A DNA stretch of 64,000 bases from Candidatus Woesearchaeota archaeon (GCA_018302105.1 JAGWAD010000022.1:13434-77433); one strand, 5' to 3'; positions 38,313 to 50,150 are shown, numbered from the stretch's first letter. Notes: a model not told the origin generated them from the letters alone. Program-made: numbers and translations.

Positions 38313-38882
38313 TTGGAAGAACAGCAAAGAAATAATATCATTAGGATTCTTACAGAAACTCTGAAAGCTTTAGAAGAAGGTAATATTAAGGAATTAAAAG
38401 ACTTAAGTAACCAGACAATACACGATGCAACTACAGTCCAGGATCAATATTCGATAACTATAGCCGTTCTTATCTATTCATTAAGCAAGATTTATGAAAG
38501 AGAATTTAATTATAACAAATTTAAAGGGTTTAAAGTTTACTGTTATGATTGTGTCAGAGGTTTGGAAGTTGCAAAAGAAAAATTAGAAAATAATGATATA
38601 CAAGGATTTGAAGATACATTGTCAAAATATATCAAAAATTTAAACAAAGTACATATAAAATTACAGCAGTCTATTCAGGATGTATTTGAACAGGCAAAAA
38701 TTTCAAAAGCTTCAAGAATACATGAGCACGGGATATCTTTGGGAAGAACAGCAGAACTTTTAGGAATAACAAGATTTGATTTAATGAATTATATAGGAAA
38801 AACTTACATTGCAGATGCAAAAGAAGCATTTACTATAGATCCTGAGAAAAGATTAAAATTTGCAAGGAGTTTGTTCAAATGA
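38313..38882 (+). CDS. UPF0175-like HTH protein (antitoxin-like, with N-terminal extension)
   Basis: C-terminal ASRIHEHGISLGRTAELLGITRFDLMNYIG helix-turn-helix. 4-nt overlap with the downstream PIN-like gene. Confidence 0.45.
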   Translation: MEEQQRNNIIRILTETLKALEEGNIKELKDLSNQTIHDATTVQDQYSITIAVLIYSLSKIYEREFNYNKFKGFKVYCYDCVRGLEVAKEKLENNDIQGFEDTLSKYIKNLNKVHIKLQQSIQDVFEQAKISKASRIHEHGISLGRTAELLGITRFDLMNYIGKTYIADAKEAFTIDPEKRLKFARSLFK

Positions 38883-39553
38883 AAAATTTAGTTTTTGATA
38901 CAAGCAGTGTAATTACTTTAGTAACAAATAATTTGTTGGATTTATTAATGCCATTAAAATCTAAATTTAAAGGTGATTTTTTTATTCCAAAATCTGTTGA
39001 ATATGAATTAGTTGATAAGCCTTTACAGGGAAAGATGTTTAAATTAGAAGCATTAATAGTAAGGAATGTAATAAAAAATAATCTCTTAAAAACATATTCT
39101 GACAATATTGATGTTGATTCTTTATTAAACCAGATAAATTCCATGTTTATTATGAATGACAGACCAATAATTTTAGTAAGCAAAGCTGAAGTAGAAGCTC
39201 TGGCTTTGGCAATAAATTTACAATCTTCTGCATATGTTGTAGATGAAAGAACAATGAGATTATTGATAGAAGATCCTATAAAACTTAAAAAATTACAAGA
39301 AAGAAAATTACATAATAAGATTAGAATAAATAAAGATGTGTTAAATGAATTTTCTAAATATGTTAAAAATGTAAAAGTTATAAGAAGCACAGAATTAATG
39401 TTAATAGCTTATGAATTTGGATTAATGGATAAATATTTAGTAAGTAATACAACAAATGAAGATTTGCTTGATGCTTTACTATGGGGTTTAAAATTAAGGG
39501 GTTGTGCAATCTCTCAGGAAGAAGTAGATTCATTTATTGAATTGGAAAAATAA
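38879..39553 (+). CDS. PIN-like nuclease domain protein (DUF3368-type), putative toxin
   Basis: N-terminus MKNLVFDTSSVITLVTNNLLDLL is typical of PIN-like folds and the gene is paired with the HTH gene. 224 aa. Confidence 0.45.
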   Translation: MKNLVFDTSSVITLVTNNLLDLLMPLKSKFKGDFFIPKSVEYELVDKPLQGKMFKLEALIVRNVIKNNLLKTYSDNIDVDSLLNQINSMFIMNDRPIILVSKAEVEALALAINLQSSAYVVDERTMRLLIEDPIKLKKLQERKLHNKIRINKDVLNEFSKYVKNVKVIRSTELMLIAYEFGLMDKYLVSNTTNEDLLDALLWGLKLRGCAISQEEVDSFIELEK

Positions 39554-39554
39554 A

Positions 39555-40241
39555 ATGGATCAAAGGACTTTTAATACATTATTTATGTTGGTTTCTGTAG
39601 ACGGAAAAATATCAACAGGGACTATAGAAAAAAGAGATTTTGATAAAGATTTACCAAAAATATATGGTGCGAAAAAAGGTTTAAATCAATATTACCAATT
39701 AGAACAGAAAACAGATTTACATTCTTTTAATACTGGGAAAGTAATGACTAAAATCGGAATGAATAAAAAAATACAGAATATAAATAAATTGCCTGTAAGT
39801 TTTATTATTTTGGACAATAAACCTCATCTTACTAAATTAGGAATAAACAATTTAATAAGAAAGACTAAAAAGCTTTATTTGATAACCAATAATAAAAATC
39901 ATCCAGCTTTCAAAATAAAAGAAGAAAATATGAAAATAATTTATTTTAAAAAAATAGACTTTAGAAAATTATTTATAAAATTAAAAAAAGAATATAAAAT
40001 AAACAAAATTACAATCCAATCAGGTGGAACAGTTAATTCAGATTTAATAAGAGAAGGATTAATAGACATGGTTTCATTAGTGATATCTCCAGTATTAATC
40101 GGCGGAAAAGATACTCCTACAATTATGGATGGTTATTCTATAGAATCAGAAAAAGAACTAAAATTTATCAAAACACTAAAACTAAAAAAATGCGAAAAAT
40201 TGAATAATTCCTATTTGCATTTATTATATGAAGTAAATTAG
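39555..40241 (+). CDS. RibD C-terminal domain / dihydrofolate-reductase-like reductase (archaeal riboflavin pathway pyrimidine reductase family)
   Basis: LFMLVSVDGKIS N-terminal motif and ITIQSGGTVNSDLIREGLIDMVSLVISPVLIGG C-terminal motif. Start moved to the ATG after the upstream stop. Confidence 0.6.
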   Translation: MDQRTFNTLFMLVSVDGKISTGTIEKRDFDKDLPKIYGAKKGLNQYYQLEQKTDLHSFNTGKVMTKIGMNKKIQNINKLPVSFIILDNKPHLTKLGINNLIRKTKKLYLITNNKNHPAFKIKEENMKIIYFKKIDFRKLFIKLKKEYKINKITIQSGGTVNSDLIREGLIDMVSLVISPVLIGGKDTPTIMDGYSIESEKELKFIKTLKLKKCEKLNNSYLHLLYEVN

Positions 40242-40249
40242 AAAAAATT

Positions 40250-41143
40250 TTACATCGCTTCTAATTTCTTTATACGGTCGTTTATATCGGGATGCGTAGA
40301 AAGCCATGACTTAGCATTTTTAAATGGATTACTAATATACAGATGTTCAACAGCTTTATTATTTAATTTAGTTTTCGGATTAACTTTATGATCTTTTAAT
40401 TTCTTTAAAGCTCCAGCTAATCCAGGCGGGTATCTTGTGATCATTGCTCCAGAAGCATCTGCTAAATATTCTCTTTTTCTTGAAACTGCAAAAACAATTA
40501 ATTGTGCAAATATTGGGCTTAATATTGCAAATACTAAAGCAACACCAATTAAAACTAAGTTTAGACTTCCTTCCCTGTCTCTATTGCCTCCAGAAAAGAA
40601 CATTGCCCTTACCATAAAATCAGCTAATAAAACAACCAAACCAATTAAAACAGTAGTTAACATCATATATCTAATATCATAATTTCTAATATGGCTTAAT
40701 TCATGTGCAATTACACCTTCTAATTCCTGTCTGTTCATAATTTCCATTAAACTTGTTGTTACAGTAACTGCTGCATGTTTTGGATCTCTTCCAGTTGCAA
40801 AAGCATTTGGATTTGGATCATCAACAACATAAATTTTAGGCATAGGAATTCCAGCAGCAATGCTTAATCCTTCTACTGTATGCCATAAATGCGGAAATTC
40901 TTGTTTAGTAGCTTCTCTTGCTCCAACACTTGTCAAAACTAAATTATCCCCTGTATAATATGCAAACAAAGTAAATAAAATTCCAACAATAACTGCTAAT
41001 ATAACTCCAATTACAGGTGTTAAGAATAATAAACCTATGACATATCCTAAGAAAATTATAAATCCTATGACTATTGCTATTAAGAAATATGTTTTTCTTT
41101 TATTACTTGCTATATGTTCATAGAAACTTATTCTTTCTGCCAT
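40250..41143 (-). CDS. htpX: protease HtpX (M48 family)
   Basis: Two N-terminal TM helices and HELSHIRNYD zinc-binding motif. About 297 aa. Confidence 0.9.
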   Translation of the reverse strand: MAERISFYEHIASNKRKTYFLIAIVIGFIIFLGYVIGLLFLTPVIGVILAVIVGILFTLFAYYTGDNLVLTSVGAREATKQEFPHLWHTVEGLSIAAGIPMPKIYVVDDPNPNAFATGRDPKHAAVTVTTSLMEIMNRQELEGVIAHELSHIRNYDIRYMMLTTVLIGLVVLLADFMVRAMFFSGGNRDREGSLNLVLIGVALVFAILSPIFAQLIVFAVSRKREYLADASGAMITRYPPGLAGALKKLKDHKVNPKTKLNNKAVEHLYISNPFKNAKSWLSTHPDINDRIKKLEAM

Positions 41144-41211
41144 ATATTATAATTAAAGGACAAACTTATAAACTTTTTTACTTTTGAAGAAATATGCCAA
41201 TAGTTAAATTT

Positions 41212-41439
41212 CTAATGCTTGTTTTTTCTTTTAATAACAAAATAATATATTATTGCTCCAATTAACTGTGCAAGCGCAATAACTAATATCCATACTATTT
41301 TATCTTCGCTTTTCTTAAAATCTCTTTGAGCAGCATCAATTAACATCATTATCCAGAAAATAAATCCAAGAACAACTATAGCAAATAAGATTACCCAAAA
41401 GAACATCATAAATATGAAAAATGCAGCAAACTCTTCCAT
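41212..41439 (-). CDS. small membrane protein with PLD-nuclease N-terminal (PLDc_N) domain
   Basis: FWIMMLIDAAQRDFKKSEDKIVWILVIALAQLIGAIIYYF matches the PLDc_N/YxlE-like family. Confidence 0.5.
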   Translation of the reverse strand: MEEFAAFFIFMMFFWVILFAIVVLGFIFWIMMLIDAAQRDFKKSEDKIVWILVIALAQLIGAIIYYFVIKRKNKH

Positions 41440-41441
41440 TT

Positions 41442-41996
41442 TTAAAATTTAACTTTTACAACTTCTCTTTCTACGCCTTCAGTCTTGAAAAATTCCTTAT
41501 TTCCAAACCCAAACATTTTAGCTAAAAAATTGCTTGGAAAACTCTGTAATTTAGTGTTCCAATCCTGCACACTATCATTGTAAAATTGTCTTGAATAAGC
41601 TATTTTATTTTCAGTTCCAGTTAATTCTTCTTGTAATTGCATGAAATTTTCATTTGCCATTAGTTTTGGATAACTTTCAGCAACAGCAAATATTGTTTTT
41701 AATGCCCCTTCTAACATGCCTTCAGCTTTGGCTTTTGAAGCAGGTCCTGTTGCTTTCATAAACTCTGTTCTTGCAGCTGTAACTTCCTTTAAAGTTTCTC
41801 TCTCATGTTTCATATAACCTTTTACAGTTTCCATTAAATTTGGAATTAAATCAAATCTTCTTTTTAACTGAACATCAATCTGGCTCCATGCATTTTCGAC
41901 TCTATTTTTAAGCCCGATAAAAGAATTGTAAGTTAATATAAACCATAAAATTAATACTATAACAATTGCTAATAAAACCCAAATCCATGCTGCCAT
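41442..41996 (-). CDS. lemA: LemA family protein
   Basis: N-terminal TM helix then NRVENAWSQIDVQLKRRFDLIPNL, the canonical LemA block. Confidence 0.85.
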   Translation of the reverse strand: MAAWIWVLLAIVIVLILWFILTYNSFIGLKNRVENAWSQIDVQLKRRFDLIPNLMETVKGYMKHERETLKEVTAARTEFMKATGPASKAKAEGMLEGALKTIFAVAESYPKLMANENFMQLQEELTGTENKIAYSRQFYNDSVQDWNTKLQSFPSNFLAKMFGFGNKEFFKTEGVEREVVKVKF

Positions 41997-42041
41997 AAGA
42001 ATTTAGTATTATCTTAACTTTATAAATTTATTGTATGCTCC

Positions 42042-43040
42042 TTATGATTGGTTTTTAATTTTACTGATAAAAATTGCAGGTTCAGCAGGAGTTTCAGGAG
42101 ATAAATTTTCACTTTCTAAAAATGTATGAATATAAGGCATTAAAATTAATTCTATTTTCATTTCACCGCCATATTGTTTTATTTCTTCATCTAATTCTTC
42201 TACTGATTTGGCATTTTTATTTCTATTAACAATTAATTCAATTTCCCCTATACTTTGTTTATTGCTATTACCAATTGATTTTCTTACAATTCCGATAGGC
42301 AAAGGTCTGCCAAGTAAATCCGCCAAAATTTCTCCTGAGCTTTTAGTAAGATATACTGTCCCACCAGAACTTCCTTCAAAAATAAGATTAGAAATATTTA
42401 TTGTTAGAGATGGATCACTTTTATTTATGTCCCAACTATAAGGTATATTATCTTCTAATCCAATCACTTTAGTATTATATAATATTACATTTTGGTGTGA
42501 TTTTCTTTTAGGAGAGTGAACTATTATTAAATGTATTCTATCTTTTGGATTTTCTAGAATATCTCTTACATACTTATCAAAATAAGTGCCATTCATTATA
42601 GGCAACCTCATTGCAAGATCCTGTTTCTTTCCTCTAAATAAAGTTATGCCTAAAGCAGTCTTTTCTTTTATTTTTTCCAGCATTTCTTCATTTAATTTAT
42701 AACCATTTAGAAAATATGCTCTATTCTTTTCAATTTTAAAATGGTCAGTGCTTAAATAATAATTATAATTATTTTTTGTGCCAGCATAAAACCCGCTTGC
42801 AGAACTGCCATGAAAATCTTCTATTCCAAAAGAGGTATGGTCTTCTATTAAATCTCTGTAAGAAAAAGACATCGCAGGCCTTGAAAGCGCTTGTTTAATT
42901 GAATCACCTAAAAAATCACATCCTTCTACATGATCCTGCTCAATTATTTCCTTGATTGTGGCACATCCTGCAATTGTAGGTAATACTGAACTCCCAATAA
43001 TAAGGCTGCCAGCCATTATTAAATTTTTTAAATTTATCAT
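42042..43040 (-). CDS. lipoprotein with possible trypsin-like serine peptidase fold
   Basis: Lipobox IAGC. GSSGGTVY resembles the S1 GDSGG serine motif. His/Asp assignment is uncertain. Confidence 0.4.
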   Translation of the reverse strand: MINLKNLIMAGSLIIGSSVLPTIAGCATIKEIIEQDHVEGCDFLGDSIKQALSRPAMSFSYRDLIEDHTSFGIEDFHGSSASGFYAGTKNNYNYYLSTDHFKIEKNRAYFLNGYKLNEEMLEKIKEKTALGITLFRGKKQDLAMRLPIMNGTYFDKYVRDILENPKDRIHLIIVHSPKRKSHQNVILYNTKVIGLEDNIPYSWDINKSDPSLTINISNLIFEGSSGGTVYLTKSSGEILADLLGRPLPIGIVRKSIGNSNKQSIGEIELIVNRNKNAKSVEELDEEIKQYGGEMKIELILMPYIHTFLESENLSPETPAEPAIFISKIKNQS

Positions 43041-43357
43041 ATAAAAATTATAAAAATAGGAATCTATTTAAATATTACTATTATATAGTGATAATATATT
43101 CTATATGCATTATTTACTAATTGTTTATTAAAATTAAAAACTAATAAACTATAATGGAAAACAAAAAATTGATAATTTGGGCAGGCATAATAATAGTCAT
43201 AATAATTTTAGCAATAATTATTGGATTTTCTATGAATAATTGATAACCAATTGAAAATGTAGGAAAGGAAATAGATGAAACCAGAGACGAAGAAGAAGAT
43301 ATTTTTGAAAGCAGGGAAAAAACTAAATATTTGTGCCATATCTGGGATTAATCCTAG

Positions 43358-44179
43358 TTGAATTTAGATATTTTTTGCTTTATTAAAAAGGAAAATTATT
43401 TTAAGAATAAACTAGTATTCATTCTAATGGAAATATATTTCTTTGAAGAATTCCCAAATGGAAAATCATTATCTAAATTAGAATTAATAAAATTTAATAC
43501 TAAAATTTTTCTTGCAGATTATTCAATTGAAGGATTTAAGTTATATGAAAAACAGATTAAATCAAAATATAAAAATGTAAAAGAATTAATTTACTGGCCT
43601 GTATTAAACATAAATGAAGGATATTGGTTTTCTCCATTCGCTAAACGCAAAGCATTGCTGAGAAATTTTCATAATTTATTAAAAGAAAAAATTTCAATAT
43701 TGTGGGATGCCGAACTTCCTAGAAAAAGAAAATTGTTAATAACTCAATTGCCATTCTTTCTTAAAAATAAAAGATTGATAAAATCATTTTTTAAAAATTA
43801 TAAAGGGCAGATATATACAGCAGAATATTTTATAGAAACTAGATTTACAAAATTTTTATTCAGCTTATTTGGTTTGCAGTTTGATCCTAATATTTATGAT
43901 AATTATGTTATAAAAATGGTTTACACTTCAGTAAGAAACTATCCTGAATTTTTCTTAAAAGAAGAAATATCAAGCTTAAAATCAAAGTACAATGATAGGT
44001 TAATTGTAGGGTTAGGATGTTTAGATACAGGTATCAATGGAAATGAATCCTTATTATCAGTAGAACAATTAGAAAGAGATTTATTATTATGTAAGGAATT
44101 GGGGATTAAAAAAGTAGTTTTATTTAGACTATCTGGATTAAATAAAGAATATTTAAAAATTATAAATAAATTTGTTTAA
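43358..44179 (+). CDS. hypothetical protein
   Basis: 273-aa ORF. The true start may be the internal MEIYFFEEF. Confidence 0.35.
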   Translation: MNLDIFCFIKKENYFKNKLVFILMEIYFFEEFPNGKSLSKLELIKFNTKIFLADYSIEGFKLYEKQIKSKYKNVKELIYWPVLNINEGYWFSPFAKRKALLRNFHNLLKEKISILWDAELPRKRKLLITQLPFFLKNKRLIKSFFKNYKGQIYTAEYFIETRFTKFLFSLFGLQFDPNIYDNYVIKMVYTSVRNYPEFFLKEEISSLKSKYNDRLIVGLGCLDTGINGNESLLSVEQLERDLLLCKELGIKKVVLFRLSGLNKEYLKIINKFV

Positions 44180-44271
44180 TTTCTAAAGTTATGCAAACTT
44201 TTCAAGAAAGGCTTATAAACTCTAGAATATAAATAATAGTAAAAATATTTAAATATGTATGTGTATACTAT

Positions 44272-44499
44272 GTGCATATGGTGAAAGTAATAAGTTTATC
44301 TGAAGAGGCGTACAAAATGCTAAAAAAAATAAAGAAGGAAGGAATGAGTTTTAGCGATGTAATAATTGAAAATATAGGAAATTCTAAATTTAAAACAGAA
44401 AATATGAAAGACCTAATTGAATGGGTTGAAAAATTGCCTAAAAAAAGAAGAAAAGTAAAAATTAACATTGATGAAATAATATACGGGGTAAGTAAATGA
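44272..44499 (+). CDS. VapB-like antitoxin
   Basis: 75-aa protein upstream of and overlapping (4 nt) a PIN gene. Confidence 0.5.
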   Translation: MHMVKVISLSEEAYKMLKKIKKEGMSFSDVIIENIGNSKFKTENMKDLIEWVEKLPKKRRKVKINIDEIIYGVSK

Positions 44500-44885
44500 T
44501 AGCCGATACATCTTTCTTAGTTCCATTTTTTAGTCAGGATCATGAAATGCATAAAAAATCATTAGAAAAAATGCAAATTAATGCAGAAAAAATAATAATT
44601 ATAGATAGAGTATTAGAAGAAATGTTTACTGTTTTATGTTATAGAAAAGGTGTTGATTTTGCTTTGAACATAATTGAAAAAATAAAAAATAATAAGGATA
44701 TAGAAATTTATTATTTTAATGAATCAGAATTGCAATTAATCATAAATTTAGCAAACAAAATTAAAAAGAAAATAAGTTTTGTAGATTATTGTATTTTGTA
44801 TATGTGCTTAAAAAATGGAGAAAAATTCCTATGTTTCGATAAAGAACTAATGGGTTTATTAAAAAGAAATTATGATTTCAACTAA
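44496..44885 (+). CDS. vapC: PIN-domain toxin VapC
   Basis: MIADTSFLVPFF... (first acidic residue) with later conserved acidic residues. 129 aa. Classic vapBC spacing. Confidence 0.7.
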   Translation: MIADTSFLVPFFSQDHEMHKKSLEKMQINAEKIIIIDRVLEEMFTVLCYRKGVDFALNIIEKIKNNKDIEIYYFNESELQLIINLANKIKKKISFVDYCILYMCLKNGEKFLCFDKELMGLLKRNYDFN

Positions 44886-44999
44886 AATAATGAAAAAATA
44901 AAAATTAACTGGAATATAGTATTCTGGGTTAGTTTGGTAATCTTATTTTTATGGTTAATTGCTAAATATTTAGGTTTAATAAACGCACTTGTTGATTGA

Positions 45000-45632
45000 C
45001 TATATTTCTTTTTCTAGCTGTATTATAAACTGCCTTAAAAATTCTGTTCTTTTTTCTGCTAATTCTATTGCTGTTTTTGTATTCATCAAGTCTTTTACTT
45101 TTAATAATCTTTTATAGAATAAGTCTATGGCATAATTCAATGGGTCTGGTTCATGATTCCTGCAGAATGGATCTTCAGGATTGTAGAATTTTCTTTTCAT
45201 TTGACCTGTTGAACAGAAGGTTCTCATTATAGCTATTGCGCCTGTTGCTTCTAATCTATCTGCATCTTGCACTATTTTTGATTCTTTTATATATGGTTTT
45301 ATTCCATTGCTGTATGAATGTTCTATTATTGCTTTTTTCACACTATCAATTTTATTCTTATTATAATAATTAATATTTCTTAGTATTTTTTCAGCTATTT
45401 GTGCGCTTTCTATTGCAGAATTTTTTGATCTTAGATCATTTTTAGGATAATTTACTGCGTCATGGAATATCGCTGCTGGTATTATTATTTCTAAGTCTCC
45501 GCCTTCATGTTTTTGTATGTACTCAGCATTTTTTAATACTCTTAATGAATGATGCATATCATGGGACGGATCATAATCTTTAATTATTCTCTTGGCATTT
45601 ATTATTAAATCTTTTCTTAATCTCTCTATCAT
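45000..45632 (-). CDS. HD-domain hydrolase
   Basis: HSLRV...AAIFHDAVN...DADRLEA, the H...HD...D metal ligand pattern. Confidence 0.65.
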   Translation of the reverse strand: MIERLRKDLIINAKRIIKDYDPSHDMHHSLRVLKNAEYIQKHEGGDLEIIIPAAIFHDAVNYPKNDLRSKNSAIESAQIAEKILRNINYYNKNKIDSVKKAIIEHSYSNGIKPYIKESKIVQDADRLEATGAIAIMRTFCSTGQMKRKFYNPEDPFCRNHEPDPLNYAIDLFYKRLLKVKDLMNTKTAIELAEKRTEFLRQFIIQLEKEI

Positions 45633-45884
45633 TTTATTCTCCTATTTTCCTTAATATTATTAATGCACGTTGTGAAAAATTAATATATATTCTTCCTGAA
45701 GCTTTGAATAAGGTGTAAATTGTTTCAACATGTCTCTAATTGTGTCTTCTATTATTGTCATGGAAAAAGATTGTTGTTATGTTATTTTAACTTATTTTAG
45801 AATAAAGTTGATAAATATACCTAAAATAATATAAAATATGAAGAAATCAGTAAATTTATATATTTTAACAGAATATCAAAATTA

Positions 45885-46820
45885 ATGAAAGAATTAAATT
45901 TATCAGAAAGGAAAGTATTGACATTATTAGAACAGAATTGTAGGTTATCAGCAAATCAAATAGCTAAAAAAACAAGGCTTTCCCCAGAAGGTGTTTTAAA
46001 GATTATTAATAGATTAAAAGAATTAAAGATAATAAATAAATTTAATACAAAAATAAACTATTCAATAATAGATTACAAATTATATCCTGTACATCTAAAA
46101 TTATTAAGGTTGAATGATGAAATTATAAATAAAATAAAAAATATTATAAAAAACCATAAGACTTGCGCATGGCATACATTCTGCGAAGGAGAATATGATT
46201 TACTATTAAGTTTTAAAATACAAACAGAAAAAGATAAAACAAATATGAGCGAATTATTAAAAGAAATATCAGATTATACATTAGAGAAAGAAGTTTCAAT
46301 AGTATTGTACGCTTTTGAAATAAGCAAGTCATTCATTGAAGAAAAAAATAATAGAATATTCCAGACTTTTAACTACAATATAGAAAGTATAGACTTAACA
46401 AAAGAAGAAAAAGGAATCATAGAATTATTAAAAGATAATTCACGAGAAACAATCCTTAATATGTCTAAAATAATAAAAATAAATCCAAGATTAATATCTT
46501 CTAAAATAAAAAAATTAATAAAATTAAATGTAATATCTGGATTTAAAACAAAAATTAATACAGCGTCACTTAATTATCAGCCATGTATAGCATTAATAAG
46601 TTTAGGAAATCATAAAGAAACAGAAATTAAAAAATTCATGACTTATTGTCAATATAAAGAAGGAATAGATTATTTAGTAAGGCAGATAGGAAAATATGAT
46701 ATAGAATTGACAATTAATGCCAAAAATATTAACGACTTTTATCAGATAATAAATGATATAAGAAAACAATTTAGATTTGTTAAAAAAATAACAACATTAA
46801 TATTAAATGATCCAGTATAA
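45885..46820 (+). CDS. tandem Lrp/AsnC-type HTH regulator (two fused repeats)
   Basis: Two copies of the Lrp-like HTH (LSERKVLTLLEQNCRLSANQIAKKTRLSPEGV; TKEEKGIIELLKDNSRETILNMSKIIKINPRLI), each followed by a RAM-like segment. Confidence 0.55.
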   Translation: MKELNLSERKVLTLLEQNCRLSANQIAKKTRLSPEGVLKIINRLKELKIINKFNTKINYSIIDYKLYPVHLKLLRLNDEIINKIKNIIKNHKTCAWHTFCEGEYDLLLSFKIQTEKDKTNMSELLKEISDYTLEKEVSIVLYAFEISKSFIEEKNNRIFQTFNYNIESIDLTKEEKGIIELLKDNSRETILNMSKIIKINPRLISSKIKKLIKLNVISGFKTKINTASLNYQPCIALISLGNHKETEIKKFMTYCQYKEGIDYLVRQIGKYDIELTINAKNINDFYQIINDIRKQFRFVKKITTLILNDPV

Positions 46821-46828
46821 AAATAATT

Positions 46829-47941
46829 TTATAATTTTCCTTTTGCAAATTCTTTTATTTTATCAAGCAGACTTTTTTTATCTTCATTTTTCTTTAATTC
46901 TTCAAACAATTTTTTTTGTTCTTTATTCAAACTCTTAGGTGTAATTACTCTAACAATTACTATTTGGTCTCCTCTGCCATAACCATCAACATATGGTGCG
47001 CCCTTTCCACTTAATTTAAATTTATCACCAGGTTGTGTTCCTGAAGGAATTTTTAAAGTGACTTCCTTTTCTAAAGTGGGTATTTTTACTTCATCACCTA
47101 AAGCAGCTTGGCTGAAACTTATTGGAACTTCTAGATAAATATTATTTTCTTCTCTTTCAAATATTTCACTCTCTTTAACGTAAATGACAATATACAAATC
47201 TCCTGAAATACTTCCCCTTACTCCAGATTCTCCTTCTTTACTAACTCTTAATTGAGATTCATTATCAACACCAGCAGGAATATTTATTTTTAATTTTTTT
47301 ATTTTATGTGCTCTTCCAGAACCATTACATTCTTTGCATGGGTGCGTAATTGTTTTTCCTTCACCATTACAAGCACTGCATCCAGTTACTTGTACAAAAC
47401 TTCCAAAAGGAGTTCTTCTGCTTACTCTTACTTGCCCAGTCCCATTACATTCTTTGCAAGCTTCTAATTTACCATCTTTGCTTCCAGTTCCATCACAAGT
47501 ATCACAAATATCTAATTTCTTAATTTCAATTTCTTTTGTGCATCCAAATATTGCTTCTTCAAATTCTATTTCTATATCATATCTTAAGTCTCTTCCTCTT
47601 TTCTGTCTTTTTCTTCCACCACCAAAAAACATTTCAAAAGGGCTTCCATCGCCTGAAAAAATATCCCCAAAAATATCATTAAAATCAAAATTCCTGAAAA
47701 TGTCTTCTTGTGAATATTTATTCTGAAAACCTTCTTTTCCAAATTGATCATATTGTGGCCTTTTAGTATCATCAGATAATACAGCATAAGCTTCAGAAAT
47801 TTTCTTAAATTTCTCAGCAGAATCAGATTCTTTATTTACATCAGGATGATATTTTTTTGCTAAAGTTTTATATGCTTTTTTAATTTCCTCTTTAGAAGCA
47901 TCTTTCTTTAATCCCAAAACTTCATAATAATCTTCTGCCAT
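46829..47941 (-). CDS. dnaJ: chaperone DnaJ
   Basis: J-domain with HPD (KKYHPDVN), G/F region, four CxxCxGxG zinc-finger repeats. Confidence 0.95.
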   Translation of the reverse strand: MAEDYYEVLGLKKDASKEEIKKAYKTLAKKYHPDVNKESDSAEKFKKISEAYAVLSDDTKRPQYDQFGKEGFQNKYSQEDIFRNFDFNDIFGDIFSGDGSPFEMFFGGGRKRQKRGRDLRYDIEIEFEEAIFGCTKEIEIKKLDICDTCDGTGSKDGKLEACKECNGTGQVRVSRRTPFGSFVQVTGCSACNGEGKTITHPCKECNGSGRAHKIKKLKINIPAGVDNESQLRVSKEGESGVRGSISGDLYIVIYVKESEIFEREENNIYLEVPISFSQAALGDEVKIPTLEKEVTLKIPSGTQPGDKFKLSGKGAPYVDGYGRGDQIVIVRVITPKSLNKEQKKLFEELKKNEDKKSLLDKIKEFAKGKL

Positions 47942-48122
47942 TTTTATTCTGTAATTATTTCAAATTTAGCTTTATTTTCTTTTATAGTAATTATTCCAGC
48001 CATTCCATTATAAACTTTACCATCTAAATTTTTTCAATCTTCTAAAACTCCTAACAATAGTCCCCTAATTAAATTTCTATAGTAGTTTTCCATTTTATAA
48101 AAAATAAAAAATTTAGGAAGTT

Positions 48123-49970
48123 TTATTTATCTTCCTTTTCATCTACAATTTCTGCATCAACAGCCTTCTCATCTTTCCGTTTTCCACTTTTATCATTTTT
48201 CACTTCATGGTCTTTTGCTTCTGTTTCCTGTTTCATAGCTTCTTGATACATTTTTGTAGACATTTCATGTATTTTCTTATTTATATCATCCAGTTTCTTT
48301 TTAAGATTGGAAGTATCATCAGATTTTATCAAATCCTTAAGCTCATTCTTATCTTTTTCAAGATCAGCAATTTGAGTTTTATCAAGTTTCTCTCCCACAT
48401 CCTTTATAGTTTTGTCTATTGTATAAACTAAAGCTTCTGCTTCGTTTTTAAGTTCAGCAGATTCTTTTTTCTTCTTATCATCTTCAGCAAACTGTTCAGC
48501 TTCTTTCTGCATTTTTTCAATATCGCCTTTATCTAGTTTAGTAGATGCAGTTATTTTGATATTTTGTTCTTTTTTCGTAGCCAAATCTTTAGCAGCAACA
48601 TGTAATATTCCATTAGCATCAATATCAAAGCTAACTTCAATTTGGGGTATTCCTCTTGGAGAAGGCGGAATTCCAACTAAGTCAAATCTTCCTAAGCTTC
48701 TGTTATCAGCAGCCATTTCCCTTTCTCCTTGTAAAACATGTATTGTAACAGCTGTCTGATTATCTTCTGCTGTACTAAATGTTTGGGACTTTTTAGTTGG
48801 TATTGTTGTATTTCTGGGAATTATTGGAGTCCTCACTCCACCTAATGTTTCAATACCTAAAGTCAAAGGAGTAACATCTAATAATAAAATGTCTTTGACT
48901 TCTCCTGCTAAAACTCCTCCCTGAACTGCAGCGCCCATTGCTACACATTCCATTGGATCTATTCCTCTTTCAGCAGGTCTTCCTAATATTTCATCTACAA
49001 ACTTTTTGACAATTGGCATTCTTGTAGGTCCGCCAACTAAAATTATATTTGCAACTTCTTCAGGTTTTAATTTTGCATCTTTTAAAGCTTGCAATACTGG
49101 TTTTTTACATCTCTGCACAATAGAGTCAACAAGTTCTTCTAATTTAGCCCTTGTTAATTTTAATTGCAGATTTTTACTTTTGTAAATAAAAGGTAAATTA
49201 ATGTCAGTTTCAAGCATTGTGCTTAATTCTATTTTTGCTCTTTCTGCAGCTTCTCTTACACGCTGTATTGCAGTCCTGTCATCATTTAAGTCTACACCTT
49301 CTTTCTTCTTGAAATCATCAATTATAAAATTCATAACAACAAGATCCATATCAGTTCCACCTAACTCAGTATCCCCGCTTGTCGACTTGACTTCAAAGAT
49401 CCCATCTCCAAAATCCATTATAGTTACATCTAATGTTCCACCACCAAAATCAAATACTAAAATTTTTGCTTCTTTTCCATGCTTGTCAATTCCATAAGCT
49501 AAAGCAGCAGCAGTAGGTTCATTCACAATTCGTACAACTTCAAGCCCGGCTATTGTGCCAGCATCTTTAGTAGCCTGTCTCTGATTGTCATCAAAATATG
49601 CAGGTACAGTTATTACAACTTTTTCAACTTTTTCACCTAAAAATTCTTCAGCATCTTTCTTTATCTTTTGTAAAATAAATGCAGATATTTGTTGTGGTGT
49701 ATATTCTTTATTATAAATTTTATATTTAAAATTAGTGCCCATTTTTCTTTTAGCACCCATTACAGTTCCTTCAGGATTAGATACTGCCTGCCTTCTTGCT
49801 GGTTCTCCAACCAATAATTGACCATCTTTTGTAAATGCAACCACACTTGGAAATGCTTTACCATATAAACTCGTTCCTTCTGCACTTGGTACTATAACTG
49901 GTCTTCCTGCCTGCAAAATACTCGCTGCTGAATTAGATGTTCCTAAATCAATACCTATTATTTTTCCCAT
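48123..49970 (-). CDS. dnaK: chaperone DnaK (Hsp70)
   Basis: [18 protein letters not shown] and the full Hsp70 architecture. GGAGG Shine-Dalgarno 7 nt upstream of [10 protein letters not shown], so that start is preferred over the longer ORF (49985). Confidence 0.95.
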   Translation of the reverse strand: MGKIIGIDLGTSNSAASILQAGRPVIVPSAEGTSLYGKAFPSVVAFTKDGQLLVGEPARRQAVSNPEGTVMGAKRKMGTNFKYKIYNKEYTPQQISAFILQKIKKDAEEFLGEKVEKVVITVPAYFDDNQRQATKDAGTIAGLEVVRIVNEPTAAALAYGIDKHGKEAKILVFDFGGGTLDVTIMDFGDGIFEVKSTSGDTELGGTDMDLVVMNFIIDDFKKKEGVDLNDDRTAIQRVREAAERAKIELSTMLETDINLPFIYKSKNLQLKLTRAKLEELVDSIVQRCKKPVLQALKDAKLKPEEVANIILVGGPTRMPIVKKFVDEILGRPAERGIDPMECVAMGAAVQGGVLAGEVKDILLLDVTPLTLGIETLGGVRTPIIPRNTTIPTKKSQTFSTAEDNQTAVTIHVLQGEREMAADNRSLGRFDLVGIPPSPRGIPQIEVSFDIDANGILHVAAKDLATKKEQNIKITASTKLDKGDIEKMQKEAEQFAEDDKKKKESAELKNEAEALVYTIDKTIKDVGEKLDKTQIADLEKDKNELKDLIKSDDTSNLKKKLDDINKKIHEMSTKMYQEAMKQETEAKDHEVKNDKSGKRKDEKAVDAEIVDEKEDK

Positions 49971-50030
49971 TTTATTTTCCTCCAAACATATTAATTATTT
50001 TTCTTATAGCCCTTTTTTGTTAATTTTGAA

Positions 50031-50150
50031 TTATTTCTTTTTCCTACACTTATGTTTGACATAATCATTATCAAAGTAAAATATACCCATACAAATTGGA
50101 CACTCAAAAGGTGTTGTTAAACTTCCGCTTTCAACTATTGTTATTCCCAT
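50031..50150 (-). CDS. small (39 aa) C2HC/C2H2-like zinc-finger protein between grpE and dnaK
   Basis: MGITIVESGSLTTPFECPICMGIFYFDNDYVKHKCRKKK with a GGAGGA Shine-Dalgarno 5 nt upstream. Below the ORF-track size cutoff. Confidence 0.35.
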   Translation of the reverse strand: MGITIVESGSLTTPFECPICMGIFYFDNDYVKHKCRKKK